The notes under the pieces: model-generated
Database searches by the model: none
What the model was told of the DNA's origin: nothing
What the model saw: only the letters and a program-made list of their open reading frames with translations
Program-made: the position numbers and the translations under genes
Shown here: one piece after another, positions 1 to 9,543 of the stretch
Numbering within the stretch: position 1 is the first letter of the stretch
Layout of the letters: every line of letters begins with the position of its first letter
Source: Sumerlaeia bacterium
GTDB taxonomy: Bacteria; Sumerlaeota; Sumerlaeia; SLMS01; JAHLLQ01
Direction: 5' to 3'
Assembly (NCBI GenBank): GCA_040219255.1
Contig: JAVJSW010000049.1
Coordinates: 32,001 to 96,000, forward strand
DNA: 64,000 nt

Positions 1-311
1 CGCGCGGTGGCGCCCGGGATCAAGAAGCCGAAAACAGCGGTGAGGGGGTAGGCATGGGAGCCGCGGCGGCCACAGGCAACCCACCCCGGCTCCTGCTGGA
101 TTTCGACCCGCAGCCGGTGGCGCTGGTGATCGCCTTCAAGAGCGCGCCGGCCTTCTCCGCCTTGCCTTCCTCGTGGCGGCGCTCGGCATCCGCTTTCACC
201 TGTCCTTTGGTCTCAACACGTCGGTGGGCGCGTACCTTCCCAACGCGCTGATCCTTCTCCTTTGCAGCCTTCGCGACTCACCCCTCGATCCCAAACTTGT
301 GAGCCGCTTCC

Positions 312-842
312 ATGACTGAGCTCCACGCCACAGCGACCGACATGGGCCTTTCGACCGCACCGGCGGTTGGCGGCGGCCTGCTCGTGCTCTCCATCCTCGT
401 GAAGGCCTTCGCGCCGCAAATCCGCGACGTGCTCGCCGCCCTGGCCGCCCGCCTCAGCCGAAAGGACGCATCCCGGGCCGAGGTGCTGATGGACGAGGCC
501 GAAGCGATCCTTGCGGCGGCGCGTCAAACCCGGGTCGAAACGGAGGAGTACCAGAACCGCCTGCGGGCCGAAATCCTCGAGGAGCTGACGCGCACGCGCG
601 AAGAACTCGCCCGCACCCGGAGCGAATTGGAGGAAGAGCGCGCCGCCCACGCGGAAACGCGCGGGCGCCTGAGCCAGAGCACCGAGGAGCGCGCCGCCAT
701 CCAGCTCCGCCTCAACGCGGCGGAGCACCGCATTACGCAACTCGAGGCGCAGCTCAAGGAAACCCGCGAGGCCCTAAGCCGCACCAACGAAATCTTGAAC
801 CGGCAGGCGGAATACCGCCGTGACCCCGAGGCGGACGAGTAG
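312..842 (+). CDS. Hypothetical protein with N-terminal TM helix and long coiled coil (resembles phage lysis-module/holin-like proteins)
   Basis: 176 aa; hydrophobic VGGGLLVLSILVKAFA followed by E/R/L heptads; function inferred from architecture only. Confidence 0.6.
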   Translation: MTELHATATDMGLSTAPAVGGGLLVLSILVKAFAPQIRDVLAALAARLSRKDASRAEVLMDEAEAILAAARQTRVETEEYQNRLRAEILEELTRTREELARTRSELEEERAAHAETRGRLSQSTEERAAIQLRLNAAEHRITQLEAQLKETREALSRTNEILNRQAEYRRDPEADE

Positions 843-885
843 CCTAAATTATTTGTCAGAAAATGCGTTGACCCTGATGGGGTTT

Positions 886-931
886 TCGGCTACGTTTCTC
901 CTACTTACGGAGGCCGCGTAGCCGATTTTTT
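886..931 (+). terminator. Rho-independent terminator-like hairpin
   Basis: TCGGCTACG (886-894) pairs with CGTAGCCGA (917-925), followed by a T6 tract, downstream of 312..842. Confidence 0.5.
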
Positions 932-965
932 GTATCCCCCCCCCAGCGCGGGAGATCGGACGGAA

Positions 966-1418
966 ATGGCAGCCACAAGAGCGGGCGATTTTAGCAGACT
1001 GAAAAAGGGTCCCGAGATGGCCAAGGCACGAGGTTACAAGTCGGAAAAGGGGCAAGCGATCCTTGCCGAGTACAAGGCGGGCAAGCTCACCGCCGATGAA
1101 ATCGCCGAGAAGCACGGCGTCCACCGGGTCACCGTTTTCAAATACGTGCGGCAAAGCCGGGAGGGCTACAAGCCCGCCCCAATCGGCAGGCCGAAGAAGT
1201 TTGGGGAGGACGTCGATCCGGCCGCCCTTCGCGTTTCCCTCACGCCCGAGGCGATGGCCTCGCTCGAGGAGGAGGCAGAGGCGGAAACCGCGAGTCGGCG
1301 GGCCGAAGACCCCAAAGCCTCACGGGTCAAAGCCAACGACATCGCCGAGCGTGTGCTCCTTGACTATGTGGCCGGCCGCCGCCGCCTTATCAGACGGGGG
1401 AAAAGCGCGTCAAAGTGA
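966..1418 (+). CDS. DNA-binding protein: HTH, GRPKK motif and ribbon-helix-helix-like C-terminus
   Basis: LTADEIAEKHGVHRVTVFKYV is a typical HTH; GRPKK; LRVSLTPEAMASLEEEA...NDIAERVLLDYV is RHH-like; start may be 966 or 1017. Confidence 0.7.
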   Translation: MAATRAGDFSRLKKGPEMAKARGYKSEKGQAILAEYKAGKLTADEIAEKHGVHRVTVFKYVRQSREGYKPAPIGRPKKFGEDVDPAALRVSLTPEAMASLEEEAEAETASRRAEDPKASRVKANDIAERVLLDYVAGRRRLIRRGKSASK

Positions 1419-1430
1419 CACGCATTCACG

Positions 1431-1593
1431 TGATACACCCCGCCTCGTTTTTGATACACTCTTGATACACCACTTTTTGCCCCTTCCTTCGCCCGGCCAA
1501 TCCTGGTCGGGCGTTTCGCGTGATTCGGGATTTGATACACTTCCTGGATTTTAGACGCACTATGGGGCGAATATAAGGTGATTTAGTGTATCA
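1431..1593. repeat. Five TGATACAC motifs (four direct, one inverted), probable integrase arm-type sites
   Basis: TGATACAC at 1431, 1452, 1463 and 1533; GTGTATCA at 1586. Confidence 0.7.
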
Positions 1594-1600
1594 AAAGAGC

Positions 1601-1627
1601 AAAAGAAAAGGCCCCGATTTGGGGCCT
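1601..1627 (-). terminator. Terminator downstream of tRNA-Gly
   Basis: AGGCCCC-N5-GGGGCCT hairpin (1609-1627) followed by TTTTCTTTT on the minus strand. Confidence 0.65.
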
Positions 1628-1644
1628 AAGTCTTTTGTTTTCAA

Positions 1645-1720
1645 TGGAGCGGGAAACGAGGCTCGAACTCGCGACCCTCAGCTTGGGAAGCTGATGCTCT
1701 ACCAACTGAGCTATTCCCGC
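1645..1720 (-). tRNA. tRNA-Gly (anticodon CCC)
   Basis: Reverse complement GCGGGAATAGCTCAGTTGGTAGAGCATCAGCTTCCCAAGCTGAGGGTCGCGAGTTCGAGCCTCGTTTCCCGCTCCA; 76 nt cloverleaf with encoded CCA. Confidence 0.97.
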
Positions 1721-1798
1721 TCGCTAAGTTCAAATATTCCCACGTCAGCCGCGTCTATCAAGGGAAATCGCCTGCGTTGGGAGGGCGCGGGTTGGGTG

Positions 1799-2554
1799 TC
1801 AGTTCGCCGGCTTGTCTTCGCTGTCCGCACTCGTCCGGGCGGCGTCGATTTTGGCGAGGGTTGCGGCGGGGTTGGCTTCGACTTTTTTCTCGCAGCCCGC
1901 GCAGCACAGTTTCACCAGTTGGTTCGCCAGGACGACATTGACCGCCCCGCCCATGGAATCGAGCGGCTGGCCGCTGACGACGCAGGTGTCGAGGGGATAG
2001 CCGGCGGTCTGTTTCTCGATGGCGGCTTCGTCGAGGATGGCGATGTACTTGGCAGGCTCGGCGCGGACTTTCTTGTCGCAGGGCGGGCAGCAGTACAGGA
2101 ACAGCCGATTGCCGACCACGGACGGGGAGTTCTTGGCCGGGTCTTCGGAAAGCTCTTCCGAGGTGTCGATGATGCAATGGTCGAGGGGATAGCGCGGCAT
2201 CTGCTGCTCTTCGATCTTCTTGTCCGCGGCGGCCAGGTATTTGGCCGGATCCTTTTCGAACATGCCGATGCATCCGGCGCAGCAGAAGCGCACTTCGCGG
2301 CCTTCGTGTAGCCGGATCACGGGATCGCCCATGGAGCCGAGCTTCTGACCCGAGACGACGCAGGTGTCGAGGGGCCAGGGATCGCCGATACGCTCGGCTT
2401 CGTCGGGGGTTTGGGTGGGCTGGCTGGTGGCTTTGGCGGTCTCATGCTCGCCGTGATGGGCGTGGCCGTGTGACGGTTGATCTTGCGCCTGCTGGCCGTA
2501 GGCTGCGCTCGTTGTGAGTGCCAAAACGATGAGTGTGGTGCTGAGAAACTTCAT
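1799..2554 (-). CDS. Secreted metal-binding protein with three YHS/TRASH-like repeats and a His-rich N-terminus
   Basis: Signal peptide; HGHAHHGEH; three (W/Y)PLDxC...CCxxC units. Confidence 0.8.
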   Translation of the reverse strand: MKFLSTTLIVLALTTSAAYGQQAQDQPSHGHAHHGEHETAKATSQPTQTPDEAERIGDPWPLDTCVVSGQKLGSMGDPVIRLHEGREVRFCCAGCIGMFEKDPAKYLAAADKKIEEQQMPRYPLDHCIIDTSEELSEDPAKNSPSVVGNRLFLYCCPPCDKKVRAEPAKYIAILDEAAIEKQTAGYPLDTCVVSGQPLDSMGGAVNVVLANQLVKLCCAGCEKKVEANPAATLAKIDAARTSADSEDKPAN

Positions 2555-3867
2555 GTGCGTTCTCCAAAAGGTGTATAGATTTCCGCATGAGCGGGAGGGA
2601 TCAAGGTTGAGGTGGCTTGAGGGGCGTCGCCCTCAGCGGTGGAAGAGGAAGCCTCCTCGCCGCCAGTTAGCGCGAAGGCGATGAGGCCTCCGGCAAGGAT
2701 GGCGATGAAGAGGTAGGTGACGTAGTCCTGGAAGCTGCGACCGCTTCCCCCATGATCATGGTGATGGGCGTGCTCCCCTTTCTGCATCCGTCGGCGGAGC
2801 CAGATCATGACTCCCGCCAGAATGAGCGCGGCGAGGTTGAGGAAGAAGGTGTAGTCGATCGCGAATTGAGCGACGTCTTCTACCTTCTTGGCGCTTTCGG
2901 GTGTGAGGCCGGTGAAGTAGAAGCCATAGTGCAGAATCAATGCGGTAGAGACGATGCTGACGTACATGATCCCGGCAATGTAGAGGGCTACTCGCCAGCC
3001 GTAGTACTTCGCGTTCACCTTCACGAGCGGCGGTACCATCAGGTCGCTGTAGATGAATCCCATGATCCCGGCGAAGAGCACGCCGCTGCTGTTGAGCACC
3101 GTGGCGAGAGGGATGTTCCCCATGGAGCCGATAAACGTGGCGGCTGCGACAAACGGGGCGACAGCCGCATTCTGCAAGGCGATGAGGAAGTTGCCGGGGT
3201 TTTCCTGTGCTTGATCGGCCAGAAAGATCGTCTGGAAGAAAGACTCGGGAACGAACGCCGCCACGAAGCCCGCGACCGTGAAGCCGATCAGGATCTCCTG
3301 CCAGACCATTCCCCACTCCATGGTGAAGTTCATCCCGACGCGATTCCATCCCTCTTTGCTGCGGATGCGCTTCTTCCAGTCGAAGTTTTCTTCCTCCTCC
3401 CCTTCTTGCTCGGCCTTCTTGCGACCCGCTTCGAGCCACTTCTTCGGATAGGTCAGCCGGATCAGAGCGGAACTGATAGCGATGAGGATCAGGCCGCCCA
3501 CGATCTCCGCTGCGAGAAACTGCCAACCAAGAAAGATGAAGATGAGGATGCCCAGTTCGATGACAAGGTTGGTCGATGCGAACATAAAGGCCACGGCGGC
3601 GACGAAGTGTGACCCCTTCTGGACGAGAGATCGGGCTGCGGCCAGCGCGGCAAAGGAGCAGGAACTGGAAAGCATACCGAAACCTGTGGCAAGCCCCACA
3701 CTTTTGGGCGAGGCATCGCCCATAGCCTTCGTCAGGCGCATCTTCGGCACAAAGGCCTGGATCATGGCGCTGATGGCGTAGCCGAGAACGAAAGCCCACC
3801 CAGCTTTCCAGAAGAACCCGAAGGCCGTCTTGGCAGCTTCGCCATAGGTTGCGAAGAAGTCAGTCAT
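2551..3867 (-). CDS. Permease, ArsP/DUF318-like family
   Basis: Multi-TM; SSSCSFAA, FMFASTNLVIELG and FIYSDL motifs; His-rich HAHHHDHG loop. Confidence 0.8.
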   Translation of the reverse strand: MTDFFATYGEAAKTAFGFFWKAGWAFVLGYAISAMIQAFVPKMRLTKAMGDASPKSVGLATGFGMLSSSCSFAALAAARSLVQKGSHFVAAVAFMFASTNLVIELGILIFIFLGWQFLAAEIVGGLILIAISSALIRLTYPKKWLEAGRKKAEQEGEEEENFDWKKRIRSKEGWNRVGMNFTMEWGMVWQEILIGFTVAGFVAAFVPESFFQTIFLADQAQENPGNFLIALQNAAVAPFVAAATFIGSMGNIPLATVLNSSGVLFAGIMGFIYSDLMVPPLVKVNAKYYGWRVALYIAGIMYVSIVSTALILHYGFYFTGLTPESAKKVEDVAQFAIDYTFFLNLAALILAGVMIWLRRRMQKGEHAHHHDHGGSGRSFQDYVTYLFIAILAGGLIAFALTGGEEASSSTAEGDAPQATSTLIPPAHAEIYTPFGERT

Positions 3868-6800
3868 GAAGTTTCCTTTCGGAGAGATTGCAGGCCGAGG
3901 CGCAGCTCCTCCATCGCGCTGTAGAGCGTTGGAACCACGAAGGTACTGACCAATACAACAAGCATGCCTCCGAAGACGGGAATCGCCAGCGGCGCCATGA
4001 TTTCGCTGCCTTTACCGGTGGACGTGAAGATCGGCAGCAGCGCCAGGATGGTCGTCGCGCTGGTCATCAGGCAGGGACGAATGCGGCGGCGGCCGGCTTC
4101 GACAATGGCCGAGCGGAGCTGGGCCGCCGTGTTCGTGGGGTTCGCTGCGAGGCTTTCGCGGATGTAGGTGGCCATGATGACGCCATCGTCCGTGGCGATT
4201 CCGAACAGCGCCAGGAAACCCACCCACACGGCGACGTTCAGGTTCACCGGCCCCATGTGAAACACCTCGCGCAGGTTCGCTCCGAAGACCGCGACATCGA
4301 GAAACCAGGGCTGGCCCCATAGCCACAGCAGCAGGAACCCGCCGGACCAAGCCGTGAAGACGTTGCAGAACACCAGCAGCGTCACCGCGGTGGAGCGGAA
4401 CTGAAGATACAACACCAGGAAAATCAGGAGCAGCGCCAGCGGCAACACGAGGGCCAGGGTCTTCGCAGCGCGCACCTGATTCTGATAATTGCCCGCGAAT
4501 TCGTAGGAAACGCCCGGCGGCAACTCTGGGTCGAGGCGCTCGCGCAGCACCGCCCGGGCACTTTCCACAACGTCGGTCTCGGCAAAGCCTTGTCGCTTGT
4601 CGAACAGGACGTACCCGACCAGGAACGTATCCTCGCTCTTGATGGCCTGCGGGCCGCGGACGTATTCGATGCGGGCCAGCTGTTTCAGCGGAATCTGCAC
4701 CGCCTGCCCGCCCATCACCTGGGCGGGAGCCGAAACCAGAATCTCGCCCAGATCGTCGATGGAATCGCGCAGCTCGCGCTGGTACCGCACCCGCACTGGA
4801 TAGCGTTCGCGCCCTTCGACCGTGCGGATCAGGGGCCGACCGCCGATAGCCACTTCGATGACCTGCATCACATCCTCGATGTTGATGCCATATCGGGCGA
4901 TGGCGTCGCGGTCGGGAATGATTTCCAGGTACGGCTTGCCGACGATACGCTCGGCGATGACGGCGGCGGGGCGAACCCCTTCCACGGCGCCGGACTTCAG
5001 GATTTCCTCGATGCGCAGACCGACCTGTTCGATCGTTTCCAGGTCCGGGCCGCGCACCTTGACGCCCATCGGGGCCCTCATGCCGGTCTGGAGCATCACC
5101 AGTCGCGTCGCGATGGGCGCAAGCTTCGGCGCCGCCGTCAGCCCCGGAAACTCGTCCACGGCCTCGGTGATGGCGTCCCAGATGTCATCGGGCGATCCAA
5201 TCTCGGGCCGCCAGTTTCTGTATGGGCGCCCGTCCGGATCGGGAATCAATTCGCCCGCTTCGTCGCGCAGGTATTCCTCGGCTTCCTCATCGTACGCGAA
5301 GTTGATACGCCGCCCGTCTTCGTCCTGGATGAACTCGGGCTTGTACTGGATCACCGTCTCAAACATCGAAATCGGCGCCGGGTCCAGCGGGCTTTCCACG
5401 CGGCCCAGCTTGCCGACGACCGTTTCGACCTCTGGGATCGCCTGGATCGCCATGTCCGTCAGCCGCAGGTACTCCTGTGCTTCGCCGATGCTGCCGTGGG
5501 GCATGATAACCGGCATGTAGAGGAAACTGCCCTCGTCCAGGGTCGGCATGAATTCTCGCCCCAGGCCCGGAAACGCGGCGTCCAGGTCCTGCACGATGGC
5601 GGTTTCCTGCCAGCGCTCGGGCAACCAGCCGAGGACCGTGGGAAAGCCCAGCCACACGCAGAAGCCCAGTACCGTCAGCACCGCTGGAATCGCCAGGAAA
5701 GCGATCTTCCACCGCAGGCACAGCGCCAGAAGCCGCGGGTAGAACCATTGGAAGAGCCAGAAAAACCCGAGCAAGCCGATCACGGCGACGGCGACAAAGA
5801 CCAGGTTCTGAGCCTGGGACCGGAGCGCCCCGAGGGGCTCCCAAGTGCGCGACAACAGCACGATCACGAAAGCCGCCGCGCCGATCACCAGGGCATGGTG
5901 GACAACGCGCCAGCTCCTGCGAAGCCACGCCGGCAGCTTGGGCGCCCGCCAGCGGAACAGCAGATGCGCCAGCGGCGGCAACACCGTCAGCGCGATCACG
6001 ATACTGGCAAAGAGCGCGAAGGTCTTGGTGTAGGCCAAAGGCTTGAAGAGCTTGCCTTCCGCCCCGATCATCGTGAAGACCGGCAGAAAGCTGATAATCG
6101 TCGTCGCCACCGCCGTCAGCACCGCGCCGCCCACTTCGCTTGAAGCCCGGTACAACACCTTGAAACGTGACTCATCCGGGTCCGCCGCGTCCAGGTGCTG
6201 AAGCATATTTTCCGTCAGCACGATCCCCATGTCGACCACCGTGCCGATGGCGATGGCGATGCCGCCGAGCGCCACCACGTTCGCCTGCACCCCGAAGAGC
6301 TTCATCAGGATGAACGTGAACAGCACCGTCAGCGGCAGCATGGCGCTGATGAGGCCGCTGCTCCTCAGGTGGAAAACCATCAGCAACACGACGACGATGG
6401 TGATGATGATCTGATCTCGCAGGGCGCTGCTCAGCGTCCCCAACGTTTCCTCGATCAGGCCCGTGCGGTCGTAGAATGGAACGATCGTCACCTGGCTGAT
6501 GGTGCCGTCTTCCAGGGTCTTGCGCGGCAGGCCTGGCGAAATCTTCGCGATCTGGGCTTTCACGTTGTCGATGACCTGCATCGGATTCGCGCCATAGCGC
6601 GCCACCACCACCCCGCCGACCGCCTCCGCTCCGCCTTTGTCCAGGGCCCCCCGCCTCAGCGCCGGACCCATTCCGATGGTGGCGATCTGGTCCAGAGTGA
6701 TCGGTACACCGTCGCGGCTGGTAATCACCGCCGAGCGCAGATCATCCGCTTCTTCGACAAAGCCCCGCCCGCGGATCACGTACTCCACGCCGTTGTTTTC

Positions 6801-7520
6801 CAGGGTGCGGGCGCCCACATCGCGGTTGCTGCGCTGCACCGCACTGACCACCTGCGGCAAGGTCACGCCGTAGCTGCGCATCGCCTCGGGATCGATATCG
6901 ATCTGGTACTCGCGTACAAAGCCGCCGATGCTGGCGACCTCCGCCACGCCTTCCGACCCTTGCAAGGCATAGCGCACGTACCAGTCCTGCACGCTGCGCA
7001 ATTCCTGCGGGTCCCAGCCCCCAGCCGGTTCGCCCTCCGGCGTGCGGCCCTCCAGCGTGTACCAGAAAATCTGACCCATGCCCGTCGCGTCCGGCCCCAG
7101 CACCGGCGTCGCGTCGGGCGGCAGGGTGCCGCTCGGCAGACTGTTGAGTTTCTCCAGAATGCGCGACCGCGACCAATAGAACTCCACATCCTCGTCGAAA
7201 ATCACGTAGATCGACGAGAACCCGAACATCGAATTCGAGCGCACGTCCTTGACCCCTGGCAGTCCCAGCAGCGCCGTGGTCAGCGGGTAAGTGACCTGAT
7301 CCTCGACATCCTGGGGCGAACGGCCAGGCCATTCGGTAAAGACAATCTGCTGGTTTTCTCCCAGATCGGGAATCGCATCCACTGGGACGGGGTCGCGCGG
7401 CAGCGCATCCGGAACGATCGCGAAGGGCGACACGATCAGGCCCCACACCACCAGCGACGCCGCGATAAGGAAGACGACGAGTTTTTGCTCCATACAGAAC
7501 TTGATGAGGCGATCAGTCAT
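3864..7520 (-). CDS. cusA: Heavy-metal RND efflux permease, CusA/SilA family
   Basis: DAIPDLGENQQIVFTEWPGRSPQDVEDQVTYPL; GIAIAIG; GRRRIRPCLMT; 1218 aa. Confidence 0.93.
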   Translation of the reverse strand: MTDRLIKFCMEQKLVVFLIAASLVVWGLIVSPFAIVPDALPRDPVPVDAIPDLGENQQIVFTEWPGRSPQDVEDQVTYPLTTALLGLPGVKDVRSNSMFGFSSIYVIFDEDVEFYWSRSRILEKLNSLPSGTLPPDATPVLGPDATGMGQIFWYTLEGRTPEGEPAGGWDPQELRSVQDWYVRYALQGSEGVAEVASIGGFVREYQIDIDPEAMRSYGVTLPQVVSAVQRSNRDVGARTLENNGVEYVIRGRGFVEEADDLRSAVITSRDGVPITLDQIATIGMGPALRRGALDKGGAEAVGGVVVARYGANPMQVIDNVKAQIAKISPGLPRKTLEDGTISQVTIVPFYDRTGLIEETLGTLSSALRDQIIITIVVVLLMVFHLRSSGLISAMLPLTVLFTFILMKLFGVQANVVALGGIAIAIGTVVDMGIVLTENMLQHLDAADPDESRFKVLYRASSEVGGAVLTAVATTIISFLPVFTMIGAEGKLFKPLAYTKTFALFASIVIALTVLPPLAHLLFRWRAPKLPAWLRRSWRVVHHALVIGAAAFVIVLLSRTWEPLGALRSQAQNLVFVAVAVIGLLGFFWLFQWFYPRLLALCLRWKIAFLAIPAVLTVLGFCVWLGFPTVLGWLPERWQETAIVQDLDAAFPGLGREFMPTLDEGSFLYMPVIMPHGSIGEAQEYLRLTDMAIQAIPEVETVVGKLGRVESPLDPAPISMFETVIQYKPEFIQDEDGRRINFAYDEEAEEYLRDEAGELIPDPDGRPYRNWRPEIGSPDDIWDAITEAVDEFPGLTAAPKLAPIATRLVMLQTGMRAPMGVKVRGPDLETIEQVGLRIEEILKSGAVEGVRPAAVIAERIVGKPYLEIIPDRDAIARYGINIEDVMQVIEVAIGGRPLIRTVEGRERYPVRVRYQRELRDSIDDLGEILVSAPAQVMGGQAVQIPLKQLARIEYVRGPQAIKSEDTFLVGYVLFDKRQGFAETDVVESARAVLRERLDPELPPGVSYEFAGNYQNQVRAAKTLALVLPLALLLIFLVLYLQFRSTAVTLLVFCNVFTAWSGGFLLLWLWGQPWFLDVAVFGANLREVFHMGPVNLNVAVWVGFLALFGIATDDGVIMATYIRESLAANPTNTAAQLRSAIVEAGRRRIRPCLMTSATTILALLPIFTSTGKGSEIMAPLAIPVFGGMLVVLVSTFVVPTLYSAMEELRLGLQSLRKETS

Positions 7521-9543
7521 GCGCGGCCCACTCCTGCATGATCTGGCCGCACGTCAGCATCTCATCGCCAAAGTACGGGTTGAAAACGTCCTCCTCCGAT
7601 TGCAACCAATCCGCCCCCTTCCAATCGAACGCCATCGGGCAGTTGGTCAGTTGCAGCGTCACATCCAGCGGATTGCCCTGCTCCTGGACCACCGGAATCA
7701 GGAGCAGCGAGAGCGTCTCGAAATGGGGCCGTTGCTTGTCCAGCGACTCTTCCTTGGCGCCGGCTTCGGCGGGGTCGCGGAGGGCGGCGATACCCTGATC
7801 CCGCGCCACTTGCGCAAAGGCCTGAAACGCCTCGCGGGCTCCCTCCGGGTCGTCGTTCGCCAAGGCCCTCTGCACCGTCAGGTAGGCCCGCAGAACGGCG
7901 GCCAGATCGTCTTCGTCCTCGAAAACGAGCGCTGCGGCGGGTGCGGTTTCTTCCTCGGCCATGGGCATCGCCTGGCCGTGATCGTGTCCCGCCATGACCA
8001 TCCCTCCAGCCGGGTTCATCATGCTCGGCTTCGCGACGATCTGCAGCGCCGAGTCGATCTGGAAGGCTCCGTTCGTCACCACCCGCTGTCCCTCCGCCAG
8101 CCCTTCTTTCACGACGTAGCCATCCTGTGTGCGCGGCCCCAGGACGACTTCGACGCCCTGGTACGTCGGCCGTTCCGCATCCGGCACCTCGAGGTACACC
8201 ACCGCCCGTTCGCCCGTGATGAGGGGCGCGCTCGCCGGAATCAGCAGCTCCGGCTCTTCGCCCAGCGTGCTCTCGACCCGCGCCGTCAGGTACATCCCGG
8301 GCCGCAGCCTGGCGCCTTCGTTTTCGACATCGAGCCGCACCCGTGTCGTGCGCGTCCGGGCGTCCGTCACCGGATCGATCCAGGCCACTTCGCCGTTAAA
8401 CGTCTCGCCGGGAAAGGCTTTCGTCGTGAACGTCACCGGCTGCCCAACCCGCAGCCACGGCAGATCGCTCTCGTAGGCCGCCAGTTCCGCCCACAGCCTC
8501 TCCAGGCTCGCGATCGTCAGGAGGCGCTCGCCCTTGCCCACATACTGGCCTTCCTGGGCGTGGCGCTCGATCACCGTGCCTCCGATCGGGGCTGTGAGCG
8601 TCACCCGCTCCCGTGCCTCGCCGGACGCCGCGATGGCATCGATTTGCCCGGCCGAGAGCCCCGCCAGCCTCAACCGCTCCCGCGCCGCCTCCACGGCACT
8701 TTCGCTCGCTCGCCGCACCGTTTCCAGGGTCCCCCCCGGCAACCGGTCCACCGCCGCCTTCGCCTGCAAGAACTCCCGCTGCACCGCCAGCAACTCCGGG
8801 CTGTAAAGCAGCACCAACTCCTCGCCCTGCTGCACCACGTCGCCTTCGTAATCCGCCGCCAGCTCATCGATCCGCCCACCGGCGTCCGCGCTGATGTGGG
8901 CCAAGCGGTCTTCGCTCACCGCCAATTCACCCACCAGACGGATGGTCTTGCGCGGCACATAGCGGACCACCGGGGATGTCTGAATCGAGGCCAGCGCCCG
9001 CGCCTCGCGCGACATCGACAGCCGACGCGCCGGATCGCCTTCCGCCATCGAATCGGCCCCGCCCATGTCCTCGAAAACCGGCTGCATTTCCATCCCGCAA
9101 ATCGGGCAATCCCCCTCCTCCTCCAGCGGCGGCACACAATTCATCGCGCACGCATAGCCCAGCAACTCCGGCTCAGGTATAGCGGCGTGGCCAGCGTGAT
9201 CGCCCGCGGCCGGTGGAAGCTCGCCCTCGACCTCCACCGCTACCAGATCCATCCCGCAAATCGGACAATCGCCCGGTTCATCCTGCTGAATCTGAGGATG
9301 CATCGAGCAGGTATAGAAAACCCCGTCACCATCCAGGTCGGCCGGATGGGCCGTCGCGGGCCGGGAAGCTGGCCGCGACGCGGGCGAACTCGCCGCTCCG
9401 GCCCGAGCTTCCCCAGCAGGGGCGCTGCGCGAACCGGCCCCCAGGTTGTAGGCCACGAGAGCCGTCAGAAAGAATCCCGCCACCACGGCCAGTTGCACGG
9501 CCCCCGACGCGAGTTTCTTCAAAAGGGACAGAAGGGATTTCAT
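7513..9543 (-). CDS. cusB: CusB-like periplasmic adaptor with two heavy-metal-binding domains and a C-terminal DUF3347-like domain
   Basis: YTCSMHP...CPICGMDL and YACAMNC...CPICGM; YSPELL; LRPGMY; CPMAFDWKGADWLQ...NPYFG; ATG at 9543 overlaps the stop of the upstream gene. Confidence 0.9.
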   Translation of the reverse strand: MKSLLSLLKKLASGAVQLAVVAGFFLTALVAYNLGAGSRSAPAGEARAGAASSPASRPASRPATAHPADLDGDGVFYTCSMHPQIQQDEPGDCPICGMDLVAVEVEGELPPAAGDHAGHAAIPEPELLGYACAMNCVPPLEEEGDCPICGMEMQPVFEDMGGADSMAEGDPARRLSMSREARALASIQTSPVVRYVPRKTIRLVGELAVSEDRLAHISADAGGRIDELAADYEGDVVQQGEELVLLYSPELLAVQREFLQAKAAVDRLPGGTLETVRRASESAVEAARERLRLAGLSAGQIDAIAASGEARERVTLTAPIGGTVIERHAQEGQYVGKGERLLTIASLERLWAELAAYESDLPWLRVGQPVTFTTKAFPGETFNGEVAWIDPVTDARTRTTRVRLDVENEGARLRPGMYLTARVESTLGEEPELLIPASAPLITGERAVVYLEVPDAERPTYQGVEVVLGPRTQDGYVVKEGLAEGQRVVTNGAFQIDSALQIVAKPSMMNPAGGMVMAGHDHGQAMPMAEEETAPAAALVFEDEDDLAAVLRAYLTVQRALANDDPEGAREAFQAFAQVARDQGIAALRDPAEAGAKEESLDKQRPHFETLSLLLIPVVQEQGNPLDVTLQLTNCPMAFDWKGADWLQSEEDVFNPYFGDEMLTCGQIMQEWAAHD

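Larger units (their letters stand above)
1..1644. mobile_element. Right-hand end of a probable prophage or integrative element inserted at the 3' end of tRNA-Gly
   Basis: Abuts the tRNA 3' end; arm-type-like TGATACAC repeats at 1431-1593; phage-like small genes. No integrase is visible in the window and the element would extend left of base 1. Confidence 0.55.

Noticed and set aside
54-251. 65-aa ORF in the element end
   Set aside because: No clear RBS or motif; cannot be supported as a gene
1586-2311. 241-aa plus-strand ORF
   Set aside because: Runs antisense through the tRNA and the YHS gene
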